In this document: in pieces, positions 28,538-40,079 of the stretch
How the letters are laid out: the number at the start of each line of letters is the position of its first letter
Position numbering within the stretch: position 1 is the first letter of the stretch
Assembly (NCBI GenBank): GCA_965153455.1
Contig: OZ234494.1
Span: 4,588,001 to 4,652,000, forward strand
Length of the DNA: 64,000 nt
Reading direction: 5' to 3'
Source of the DNA: Sphagnum compactum
Taxonomy: Eukaryota
Program-made: the position numbers and the translations under genes
The notes under the pieces: model-generated
What the model saw: the letters and a program-made list of their open reading frames with translations, nothing else
The model's database searches: none
Told to the model about the DNA's origin: nothing

Positions 28538-28907
28538 AAAGAATCGTAATGAAGCCTCTGGACTTTTGGTTTAGTTAATTGTTTCTCTCAAATCCACCGT
28601 TGGATTTGTGTCAAAATTATATCAGTTTTAGTTTGGAAGGTGTAAAAGCTCCTCCCAAAAATTCAACATCATCGGTTTTGTTGTGAGGGAGTTGCAGGTG
28701 TTGGAAGTAGAGGGTGTTGAAGAGGGGTTCATGAAAGAATCGTAGTGAAGCCTCTGGACTTTTGGTTTAGTTAATTGTTTCTCTCAAATCCACCGTTGGA
28801 TTTGTGTCAAAATTATATCAATTTTAGTTTAGAAGGTGTAAAAGCTCCTCCCAAAAATTCAACATCATCGATTTTGTTGTGAGGGAGTTGCAGGTGTTGG
28901 AAGTAGA
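28538..28907. repeat. Tandem duplication, 196-bp period, 2 copies
   Basis: 28538-28711 vs 28734-28907: 174-bp core with 4 A/G differences by eye. Confidence 0.95.
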
Positions 28908-31900
28908 AGAGGTTGAGATGTTTGTTTTGTTTTCCTCAATGAAAGCAAATGGTTTTTAGTTTCGGGGCTTAACTTTGGTCAAAGACATAAAATAAAATAA
29001 AAACTCATGAGATTTGGACACAACGCATTAGATTTTTTTTAGTGAATTTCATTACTTACTTCGAACCACCTTACTTGTTAGACTACACTACATAGTAGTT
29101 CCACTTCCAACCGGGTCTTTTATTGTGAGTGCATATCTTAGTGGTGAAGGTGTGCAATAAATCTTCACAGGTATCCACCTCTTGCGTCACGCTCATGGCA
29201 ATGAGCGCACGGGGACCCATGATGTAGTTTGTGACATCTTTGCCACCATTGTGCAATATGTTGGCTTTCACATGGAACGAGAACAATTACATGCACTTCC
29301 TTCAACCAATTTCAATTCTTCCCGTTGACAAATCGACATTGTGCTCACCAACGATGGAATCTGCACCTTAGCTAACATTCTCATAGCTAACGCAACACAT
29401 GCATAATTATTTCCCCAATCTTGCACAATTCAAGGATTTGCTACCTTCGATGCAACTAAAGCCAAAGAAAAAAGCTACGCGACTCACACCTCATTGACCA
29501 ATTCTTCCCTCTAACAATTGAAATATTTGAATGTTTACACAAATAGGTTGATGTGTTCTTACACAAATGTGCCAATATTATTTGAAACCTAAAAAGACCA
29601 CAAGGCTTTCCCTTTTTTGTCTTGGTTAATTTTTTTGTCAAAGAATTTCAATTACATTGCAAAGAACACAAGCATCCTCCATCTTAAGTTAGGCAATAGC
29701 AGTAGGCCTAAGTACTTTCCGACTTCCACCCCTTCAAAACACACCCCCCATTGCCACGGTTGATTTACTACAAGCTATTAATTGTTGAGATGGAAAGTTT
29801 TTGACATCTAGTTTGTACTAACTTGACGCCTTTTAAATTATCCTTTGTTTTTAATATTTGTGTAATACGCAGAGTGTTTTATAAGTTAAGCTTTACAAGG
29901 TTTTGATGAATTGAGCAACACCAAGCAAATTGAATGAAAGAAGAATAGAATAAAAGAACAATAAAATGACACCACATAGCCAATAGGAAAGCAATAGAAT
30001 GAGCACCAAATAAGTTGAGCAAAAGCCGAAGTCCACCAAGCAAGCACAATAATAGATCACAAGCAAAACACAAACATAAAACAAACTAAGCAAAGCAACA
30101 CAATGCAAACAATGATAAATCAACACAAAATAAAAGAAAACAATGTGAGATAACATGGTGGAGTCCTTCCCTTTTTATTCTTTATATTCTCCTCCTCTCA
30201 GGTGCATGCATGTGACAAATGGGATGTTCATGTTTACCATGCTAGCAATGTCCAATGGCCATCTGCACTAACTTAACACCTCACCTAAAACCTAACTTAA
30301 CTTAACCTAACCTATAGAGCTAGCATTCCGGGGGCTGTGGCTCTCCCTAAATGGAGTTCAAGGTGTGAGGTTCTTGAGGGGAGGGGGTTTTGTGCCAGTG
30401 ACAAAACCACCAATTCCTTTGTGCTGCCCAATTCTCACTCCTTCTCACCCTCGAATTATTACCCAAAAAAACCCAGTAATGAACATGCAGGGTATTACTA
30501 TATACAAGTGTTGTGTGATTTGAATTTATAAAGAACCGCTGGTTCTGGTTTTTTAATAACCACCCAACACTAGTATATACATCTCACGCAATCTTTAGTT
30601 GAGAACCTCTGTGTTCTCGTGCTTTTATTTGCCTTGTATTTCTTGGGGATGGGTTGTGGTCCCTGCCATTTTTATATACAAGGTTTTTCTTTTTCTTTTT
30701 ATAAAAATGTTTTGTAGAAAAAAAAAAAAAAAGCGCGCCGCCGGAAAGGGTAAGGTGGCTTGAAATTACAAAAGGGTTGGTGAAATGACTTATGCACACA
30801 ATCAGAACATTCTGAAAAGGGCGGTTTCTTAAAAAGATGTGAGAAGGTAACTTAAGTCTCCTTGAAACAATGGAGCTACAAGTGTTGGTGGGCCTTTGAT
30901 CCAGAAAATTCATTCCCCATTTCAAATCAATTTAAATTCCTGGTTTGAATTGGAGTTCATCAAATTTCAACAGTTGTTTTGTTTTTCTTTTTTGGCGAAA
31001 GGTGAAACTGATTCAAAATTTTGGCAAAAAAAATAATCCACCCCTTTCTTTTTTCTCTCTCAAAAACAAGTAACCAAAAATTTCAACCCACTTATTTATT
31101 GAAAAAAAAAAAAAAAAAGAGTCCACAGGAATCACAAGTTCAATATTGGTTGAATATATTATGTGTGGTTGGAAATTTGAAATAACGGCAAAAGTCTCCC
31201 AAGAAGTCGTCATTCATTGCAAGGACAAATATGAAGTCATTGAAGAGTTCCCAAAATTCACTCCACATGTGGATACATAAGAGATCATTTTTCAACACTA
31301 GGGTTCAGGGTCCACTTGGGTATAGAAGGTCCCTCTTGGACTTCTTATACCATGAAATTATGTTCTAGAGCCCCCATCGGTCGTAAGAAGCACATCAGAA
31401 AAGGATAGAAAAACCTGAAAAAAACGATAAAGTTTTTTTCTTAAGATAATTTTAAAGTCATTTTTTTAATTAGATAATTAAGTGAGTAAGAATAATTTAG
31501 TTACAAATTTCCAAAATTTAAAAATGTGTTAAGGAAAGGCCCATGTTCTAGCCCTTGTTGTTAGTATAATCTTTTATATCTTTAGACTTGCCGTTCACAC
31601 ATGCGGTGAAAACTTTTGTAGATGTGGTGGTCATTGATGGCTTTGCAAGATATGATATTCTCTCCCCCATTCTACCATGGAACGCCTATTTTAAAGGTGC
31701 ACGCCACGGAAAGGCAACTAGCCTATATATGAAAATCTCCTCCACCAAAGAGATAAGTAGGAGCTTATGATGGTGGAAATTTAATTTTTTGATGCTTCAC
31801 CTAAATAAATATATGTTGATGATTAATTTGTTTATTAATTACCCCAACAAAAGTTTGGAATTCCAATGGCCCCAAAAGGAAGGGCCTATGTTTTAGTCAT

Positions 31901-32510
31901 TGTCGTTACTATAGTCCTTGAATGGATTGTGCAAGTGTTTGATGAATAATAATTAATATATTTAGAATCTTAAGCCTTGGCACTGAATTCTTTAATTAAA
32001 AAAAGTTAGTTCAGCATAGACAATATTATGAGCAAGACACACCAAATTATAATAATTTTACATGAGTCCCAATTTGTTTAGATTGTGTGTGTGTTTGGGT
32101 GCGTAACCCCTATAAACCCATGTTCAAATCCCAAATCTGACAAAGTTTTACTTATACCGATTTCTCAACATTCTCAAAAAATAAAAATAAAAATAATTAT
32201 TTTCCAAATTAAATTATTAATGAAAAATCTGTTTAGGGAGTAGCGCATTTTTCACTCCATGGTTTCTTATTGCATTGGGAAAAAAATGCAACCATCCATC
32301 CTACGTCGAGCCAAAATGAACTAGCCCAAGCAACCCAGATGGGGTTGGTGGAGGGTGGAAATGGAACATTTTTTCTATTGGACTCCTATCCCATATGATA
32401 AGATTTTTGGTTTACATTTTGGCTATTGTGCAATAATACTAAATAAGTTAATTTAAGATGCTACCTATGTGCTTCTACCTGCTTACCAACCACCAGCATG
32501 CCCCTACTTA

Positions 32511-32723
32511 TGGTGCATTCACACTTGATGTTAAGTTGATGTTAAATGAAAATCTAGGTGGCATACTAGGTGGCACCCAATGTTACAAGAGTTATAGCTT
32601 AATCTTAAGTGAATGTTAGCTTAACATAAAATTTTCATGGTAACTATGTTTAAGTCCTGAATGGCTAGCATGGCGTTAGGGGACTCAACACTAGAGTCCC
32701 TAACATCAAGTGTGAATGCACCG
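32511..32723. mobile_element. Tourist-like (PIF/Harbinger) MITE
   Basis: 22-bp perfect TIR ggtgcattcacacttgatgtta (32512-32533 / 32701-32722); TTA TSD at 32508-32510 and 32724-32726. Confidence 0.9.
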
Positions 32724-33188
32724 TTATATCCAAACCAACATGTGCCTCTAAGTACATAAGGGCCACCTACATGCCCCCACGTACCTATTACCAATTTATC
32801 ACAAACAAAAAAATCATTACATATCAATACATTGAAATTTGATAACAAAATTTCATTCACTCTCTATGAATAACCACAAACATGAAAAGTTTGAAACCCC
32901 ATTCACACTACACTAAGTTTCGGAAAAAATTAAATCCTAAACAAACTATAAAATATTCTCAATGAGTCCCGACAAGCTCTTTTTTGTAGTGGTGATAAAG
33001 AATAAAAAGAATAGGAAAATGAAGGGCAAATAATGGAGAAGTAAAACCAAAGGAGCCTAGAGGAGGATAAATGCTTGTCTCCCTATGGTGAAGCTGAAGA
33101 TGTTAAATAAGCAAAGGGCCCTTATTGCCTGCCTTTTTTTTCTTTTTTTTTTTCCCCCTTAACTGCCCTTTGGATGATACCCCTGAGC

Positions 33189-33328
33189 CACATTTCAGGT
33201 GCTGCCTATTACAGACTTTGTGCGCTACTATGCACATTTTGGGCCTGTAATCGACACCTAGTGTCTATTACGGGCCCAAAATGTGCATAGTAGGAGCCAA
33301 ATTCTATAATGGACAGCCCCGAACTGTG
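33189..33328. repeat. Foldback hairpin, ~68-bp arms, 3-nt loop
   Basis: ctactatgcacattttgggcc.gtaat.gacac-cta-gtgtc.attac.ggcccaaaatgtgcatagtag, with pairing extending to cacatttc / gaactgtg. Confidence 0.9.
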
Positions 33329-33494
33329 TAAATTAATAACAGATGACATTATTTTGATAGTGAAATTGATAACCAGTGAGTCTAATTTTCTTTTTTAAAA
33401 TTTGATAATTGCCCAACACTAGTTAGTATATAGCCAATCACCATGGTTACTGGTTCACTCTGCTCGGTCATTAGGGTGAGAAGAGTTCCGGGCA

Positions 33495-34230
33495 CAAAGC
33501 TGGATTAACACCATGCGTTAGCAGGGATATTTTTATTCCATTTAACCCTATCTTGATTTGGGGGTTAAAAGGACTCAAATATGAGTAAACTAACCCTTGT
33601 GATCACACAGAGGAGATAGATAAAATAGTTGAATGGGGTTAATTTTTATCCTTAGGTTGAATATTCACATTGAGGGGGTTTCAAAATTATTAAAAGAATT
33701 TGGGCAGCTTGGAAAAACTTAGGAATTTTTTTCTATGCTACCCAAAAATGGGCACTTTGGAGGATTCCTGAGAACTTTTTTCCAGGATGCTGGAAATGTT
33801 TTGGGCAGTTTTTTGGGAATATTATGGTGCCTGTTAAATTTCAGCAGATTATAAAGGTTGGAAAAATCTCAATTCCGCCCAAAATTCTGCACGCTGGAAA
33901 AGTTCTGATGCTGGAAAATGTTTCGGGCAGTTTTGAAATTGATACTGCCCGATCATTTCGGGCAGGTGATAAAGGTTGAAAACATTCATTTCCATCCAAA
34001 AGTTTTGGGCACTTCTGGAAAAATCCTGATGCTCAAACAAAATGTAAACAGTTTTGGAATTTTTTATGTTGCAAAATAATTTCAGGCAGATTATGAAGGT
34101 TGAATTTTTTTCCATTACCTGCCAAAAATATCGGGCAAAATGAAAAAAAATAAATCCAAGAGGCCTGAAAAAAATTGGGCAGATTGGGAAGGACTTTTTT
34201 CAGGTTGCCCAAAAAAATTCTGGTTATCTC
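33495..34230 (+). mobile_element. Repeat element with TTTGGGCA-motif array; inverted relative at ~40080-41021
   Basis: 33495-33680 aligns with the reverse complement of 40840-41021; internal repeats of ttgggca / tcgggca. Confidence 0.55.
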
Positions 34231-34732
34231 CCACTATTCCAGATCTATAGGGCCTGCTACTATCATTCAAATTAGCCCCCAAAAACTAGTTACATACATC
34301 TGCATGAGTATGGGAACCTCCCCTTACATAAACAACTCTCTTTTTATTTTGTCACTTCTTTCTTGTTTTTGTAGAAAAGAAATATTTTCACGGGATTGTG
34401 GGAACATATAAAATTGGGGGAGTTCCCTCGACATAACAGCCTAGGGTTTTTCAAAATACACATAAAAATAAAAAGGGAGTTGTTTACAAATACATAAAGT
34501 AGTGTCATGTTTTTATTTTATTTTGTATATTTTGATCCTTCATTAGGCTGAAAAAATCTTGTTTTTGTTGATGTTGCAATGATGTTGTAAGAACAATAAC
34601 TTATACAATTCAAAGTTACTTTCCAACTCAGTGAAAGTTACCCACCAACTTGTCCGTGTCACTACAACACTATCTTTTGCAACATCATTATGGCAATGAG
34701 GCTTTACATAAGAAAAAAGATCTATCAGCAAA

Positions 34733-34825
34733 GTCTATCAGCAGACCCTTCTGAATTTTCAAGCCCCCTTGACCTACTTACTGGCTTTGAAAGGATCTCA
34801 AATCCTAAAGGGTCTGCTGATAGAC
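34733..34825. repeat. Short element with 18-bp perfect inverted ends
   Basis: gtctatcagcagaccctt (34733-34750) / aagggtctgctgatagac (34808-34825). Confidence 0.8.
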
Positions 34826-37053
34826 CCTTCTCCTATACAACATGCTCAAATGAAATAGCCAAACAAAATAAGAAGCAACTAATGAACTCATCTGGAATTT
34901 GGAAGCTTCTTGTAATGCCTGTCAAACCATGGGACCCATTCCTTGACATCAACAAGTTGCACGCCAGTGTGGGTACGGTCAAGAGGTGCCTTGAACAGAG
35001 CTCAATTGGGGGTGGGGGTGCTGGGTGTATTTAGGACCTTTTTGTGTGTACTGCCTACTTCCTTCCTTCCTTCCTTCTTGTTCAAAATAGGTGGTGGAGA
35101 TTCGGCTGTTAACATTGTCCTCTGGAAACCTGCAGACCGCCAGAACTGAAGCATCTACCCATGTGTATGGAACAGTTTTTTTTCTTCTTAATTGGCAAAA
35201 TTTCACCCACAAAAAAGAAAGTATTAAAAAAATTTAAAAACAAGTGATTGTGGATGTTTTCAGTTGCCAGAAGTGAGAAAAGGAAAAAAGAGTAAACATT
35301 GTCAGATTCATTAACTTGGATTTCATCTTGTAGCCAAAAATATAGAAAGATGAATAAAGATTGATACTTTGTTTCTGGTTTATAGCCAGATTTGGCTAAA
35401 TCTTCCTAAATCTTCCTAGGCTGATCACCACTTTCGCTACAAACAAAAGTTCCTAAAAAAAGCCCACTGCTCCCCCAAACTAGGCCTACAGGAGATGCTG
35501 GCCAGTATGTTCTGTGTGTCCTCTCTTGGGTGTAATCTGATGAGTTCCGCGACTCTGGGCACTTACAGCCCATCATTCACTATACAAATCCACTGGACAC
35601 ACAAACACATATATCATTAGGGGAGCACCTAGATACCTTTGCCTTTTGGCTAAGATCAAGTGTAGTATTAGGGGAGCACCTATATACTCCACCACAAACT
35701 TTGGGGGAGGGGGGGGGGCGTTTCTCCACCACAAAAATGTTCTTTGTTCTATTGTAATAATGCATTGTCATGGGTGCTTCCTTATTAGGGTTCAAGCTTT
35801 TTTGGCGAGCTATTTAATTGTGAATCTCATCTCCTATGTGATCATTGCCATCAAAAAAGAGTCACAGTCACATATGTCATTTCACAAATTTCTTTTGGGC
35901 CATACCCATTTGTTGGGATCTTCAAGGCGGTTCATAATTTCCATTCAAGTTGAGTTGAGTTGTGTCTGTGGCAGCCCAAGGTTTGTATAGTAACTTACAC
36001 TAAGTGGGTAATATACATATACAAAAGCCACCAAGTTTTTGTAGTGTCTCTTTGTTGTTTTGTTGTAAAGCTGGGCTGAAGAATATTGTGAATCTGTTTT
36101 TGTGCCAAATGTTTTGAAATTGGTACTTTGTAAGTTACACTTGTGTGTGTGTGTCTCTCTCTCTCTTCTAGGGAGCTTGATCACTTTTATCATTTTGTTG
36201 CCTGCTTTTGCTTTGCTTTGCTTTGATTGATCCTCAAACCCCAGACCTCCTTTCGTTTTCACTCCCAAGTCTCTTTGTGTCATAAAGTTGTCAGGAAAAA
36301 AACAGTTTTTTATTTCCTTCTTTTTTCTTCTTTTTTGGGGTTTGTGAAAGACGCTTGTGTGTGTGGCTCAGCTTCTAGCTACAATTTTGTTGAGCTCCAA
36401 ACTTTGTCTTTTTGTTGCAATTAGTGGTGGTTTTCATCATCAAGCTAGCTAGCTAGCGCTTTGATCCGGAGTGGGGTAGTCAACACAAGGATTCATCAAT
36501 TGAATCTGTAATTATCCAAGCGCGAAGAGCTATGTGGGTTTGTTGGTTGTCTCACATCTGTCGATGTAGGTTTGTGCAGAATTGACAGAGTCGATCTCGT
36601 GCTTTCAACTTAGGTTTTTGTAGAGTCGATGTAATCATTCTTGTGCTCAAAGCCAAGCCCCAGTCTATTCATTTTTGGCTGGATCATCATCTTCTTGTGT
36701 CTGGAACATTTTTTGCAGGTGGGTAGTCCTAATTTCTGCCTTGGATCTGTCGACTCTCAAGCCTCCTCCAGCTGGTGTAGGGTTGGTTTTCCTTCCTATT
36801 TGTCTTTCTAGTTTCTCTTGCAGCTCTTACAGGTCTCCACAGAAGCATATTATCCACAACAGTTGACGATTTTCTAGTTTGAGAGGCAGTAGGTCTGTGC
36901 ACTCTAGATGCTTCAAGTATGTGAAGGTCTCGAGGTGCAGGATTCTGTACAATTAAAGCATACCCATCGCGAGCTTTTCTGTGTCGAAGAAAACCTTAGT
37001 TCCTGTCTCGGATTTTTTCCCCCTCCTTCAAGATCTTGTTGCTGAAGGGTAGT

Positions 37054-38067
37054 ATGGAAAGCAGCCCATCTTTCAGAGGTTTATATGTTTCCTCAAGAGT
37101 TAGCCCTGTCTCTACCAAGTCCCGGTTGCCTCCGGCATCGCCACCTTGTCTCTCGCCTCGCAGTCCCCATACAGCCCAGTCCCCCAGCAGCTCCGGCTCT
37201 ATCTTCTGTTACTCCCCAAGCTTGGATTACAGCTGCAGCAGCATCGCGGATCAGCAATCTCTGCAGGGATCGAGCTCATTTTACGGTAAACAGTTCTCTT
37301 GGCCGAGTTGCAGCAATACAAGTCCGAAGTTCGAGGCATTTTACAGCGCCGAGCAGCCTGTTGCTGGTTCTTCAGACTTTCCTGCATCATCATCATCTAG
37401 TCCATCTGAATCTCCTCCGACCGAACCCCCCGAGTCCTCACCATCGTCGCCACCACCTAGTCCTTCAATTTCGAGAACCAGCTTGACGTACTATGAGCTT
37501 CTTGGGGTTGCACAAAACGCAACGGCGAAGGAGATTCGAGTGGCATACCGCCAGAAGGCGCTTCGTTACCATCCGGATGTGGCTGCACCTTGGGGTGAAC
37601 AGCAGAGGTTTAATGACATCTTCGCTGAGATCAACGAAGCTTATTCAATTCTCACGGACCCTCACAGCCGATCTCTTTATGATGCCAAGCTGCTTGCTTC
37701 TGCTTCTTCGCGCAGATTCATACGAGGTCCTCGGGGGGCCCCTGTAACGATTCCAGCCGGCTTCAACAGCTACTCTTACCAGTTCACAGGGTTCATGAAG
37801 CCGGATATCTGGGCTGTAGCTGGTGGCAATTCCCAGCAGGTTGCTGCTGCTGCAGGTGGATCATCAACTAGGGCTAGTAGTTATCCAGGCTCCTCAGTTG
37901 CACCTGATCATGATCATCAGGACTCGGGTCATGGTTCCAGTACTCCTCCTCCTCCTCCTCATTGTTCCACTTCTTGTTCAGGCTCTGCCACAAGCTCAGT
38001 TGACACTAGAAACATTTCTAGTTCCTGGCATGGACGAAACTGGGAGACTGATCAGTGCTGGTGTTGA
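37054..38067 (+). CDS. J-domain (DnaJ/Hsp40) protein, plastid DnaJ11-like, 337 aa, intronless CDS
   Basis: ATG at 37054; Ser/Pro-rich transit-peptide-like N-terminus; J domain YYELLGV....T.KEIRVAYRQKALRYHPD....F.EINEAYSILTDP..R.LYD; C-terminal RNWETDQCW motif typical of the plant DnaJ11 group. Confidence 0.92.
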   Translation: MESSPSFRGLYVSSRVSPVSTKSRLPPASPPCLSPRSPHTAQSPSSSGSIFCYSPSLDYSCSSIADQQSLQGSSSFYGKQFSWPSCSNTSPKFEAFYSAEQPVAGSSDFPASSSSSPSESPPTEPPESSPSSPPPSPSISRTSLTYYELLGVAQNATAKEIRVAYRQKALRYHPDVAAPWGEQQRFNDIFAEINEAYSILTDPHSRSLYDAKLLASASSRRFIRGPRGAPVTIPAGFNSYSYQFTGFMKPDIWAVAGGNSQQVAAAAGGSSTRASSYPGSSVAPDHDHQDSGHGSSTPPPPPHCSTSCSGSATSSVDTRNISSSWHGRNWETDQCWC

Positions 38068-39041
38068 AACTCATGTCAAGCTCCTGATTTTCCAAGCTCT
38101 TTTTCTTCTTCATCAACCCATGCAGCTTGCCGAATCTTAGCTATACTTGAATTTATAGTTTCTTTCTTCCTCCTCAAGCATTATCACTATTAGGTTCTTG
38201 CCCATTCTATCATCTCAAACATCATGTGCCATAGTAACCAGGACAATAATGCTTAGACTCTAGAGAAATTCTCCTTAAACTTTCTAACTGTATTACAACT
38301 ACTCAACCTGAGACTCTGGGAAAAAAAAAAAAACCCCTCATTCAATTCAACTTCCAATCGCACTACAACTACTCATATAAGCTAATCCAATTTGATAATT
38401 AAACTTCCAGTTTAAGCACCCAAAAAAAAAGTACCAACTAGAAAAACCTGCAATCTGGTGAAACTAGCAGCTCATACATAACTGAATTCTCCATAACACA
38501 GTACTTGACTACACAAGTTCACAACAACCCCAGCTTAATTTCACTCTAATTGCCTGATCTGCAAAGATAGAATTAGTTCCCACACTAATCCATCTAGCTC
38601 ACTTCAACACTCCCTTAAACCCCTTCAACAGTCCCTTGCTACTTACTACTGCATCATTCATCATGACACATTGTAGGATTGATTTTAGTAATTGCACAAG
38701 TATACCAATCCTTGGAGTAAGTGTTTCTTGCTTTTTTTTAAAAAAAAAAATAGCTCATGATTTTTAAACCACCTCTGTTATGTATGTATATGAGCTGAAG
38801 ATATGATGGGTGGCCTCCTTTCCTTGTGAGGCAGTCATGATTTTCAGGGTTGTAAAGGGAGGACTTCAGTCCCAAGTTCAAAGCTGCTACTGCTAAGTGT
38901 GGCACTGTTGTTTAGTTCAGCAACCATCATTTAATTTTAATTTTTTTTGCCTCCTATGAAAGATTGTTTGTGAGAGGATCTCTCCATTTGTTTTGGGTGT
39001 ATATTTTTTTTACCACTTTTTCATGGATATGATACTACTAG

Positions 39042-39264
39042 CCTAGCAGGTTTGGCGATTTGATGCTGAATATTTAATAAAAATCTTTTTTTCCTAAGAT
39101 TGTGGCATAATGAAAAATTATCAAGGTGTACTTTTTAATTTAGTAAGAAACTATAAAGGTGTTTTTTTTTTTTCTTTTTGCTTATTAAGTACCCACTTGT
39201 TAATCATTTCTCAAAATTCCTGAAATTTTTTTACCCATAATTATTTAGTGCGAAACCTGCTAGG
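39042..39264. mobile_element. MITE with 15-bp TIR
   Basis: cctagcaggtttggc (39042-39056) / gcgaaacctgctagg (39250-39264), 14/15 match; flanked by ctactag / ttactag. Confidence 0.75.
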
Positions 39265-40079
39265 TTACTAGGGTAAGTGATGATGGTGGTAACTATCATG
39301 AAGGTTAATTTGTTGATGAGAAAACAAATTGATTTCACAAGTTAAATAGGGTGTTGCTTCTTTACACTGATTTGGCAGTTTAATAAGACATGGTACACTA
39401 CTTTGCATTGGCCATTGCATGAATGGCTGGGAAAGGTTTGAGCTTGAATGGCTGAGAATCCATCGAGTGTTCTAAGTTCTAACCTTTTTGTTCCATTTTT
39501 CCCTTGGTATGTATACTTCTCCAAGTTCAATGCAATGATGCATTGCCTTTTTGACTTTGTGTGCAACCATAAAGCTTCCCTTTATTCATTCATGTACAAT
39601 GGAACTGGGAAGCCCTACTTACATTGGATGTGGGACCACCCTCAAATGATGCGCCTTGAAAGTTGGGAGTAATGACTTTTGTGACATTTGCATTGGATTC
39701 TCACCCAAGTGGTAAAATGGATAAATTTAAAAGAATAAACTAATTCCTAATGCTCTCATATTCACACAAAAGAGATTATAACTGACTTGGCACATGACAT
39801 GGCATAGGGGTTAAGAGCAAGATAAATGTATTGGGATATCCTAACCCTAGGAATCAATACTTTTTTTTTCTAGATTTGGGATCAAGTAAAGGTGGATTAA
39901 GGAAGTTAGCTTGACCCCTTGATTTCAAATAATTGAAATACCCCCCTTGTGTTCACACAAGACCTCCTAATGTTTGTTCTTGCCAACATACTCTCTTTCA
40001 TGTGAGAGCACCCAAGATTAATGGTGCGTAGCAACCCAAAAAATTAATTCACCCTTTATAATCTACCTGAAATTATCAT

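Larger units (their letters stand above)
26715..29169. mobile_element. Young solo-LTR-type insertion (2455 bp) carrying an ORF
   Basis: Termini TGTGAA...TTCACA (6-bp inverted); perfect 5-bp TSD GGTAT (26710-26714, 29170-29174); removing it restores the reading frame of the host retrotransposon. Confidence 0.9.
23900..29800 (+). mobile_element. Decayed CRE-like non-LTR retrotransposon (RT plus restriction-like endonuclease), interrupted at 26715-29169
   Basis: Zn-finger remnant SCPTCGHQFT (~24290); RT motifs GVRPITL.E, FSPH*F.V..KGGCE.IIH, QADPLGGALFAL, ITDDTHII; CCHC/RLE region rejoined across the insertion: QCVCTHPINPMGIHLLRHAHGNERTGTHD...IDIVLTNDGICTLANILIA; C-terminus ITLQRTQASSIL ending at TGA 29786-29788. 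Many stops and frameshifts; 5' boundary approximate. Confidence 0.8.

Noticed and set aside
29875-30325. Possible small solo LTR on the minus strand (tgctag...aaca with TATA-like box)
   Set aside because: No matching TSD at any tested boundary.
35173-35469. MITE with CAGT...ACTG ends
   Set aside because: Inverted match too short and no TSD; probably a repeat but not supportable here.
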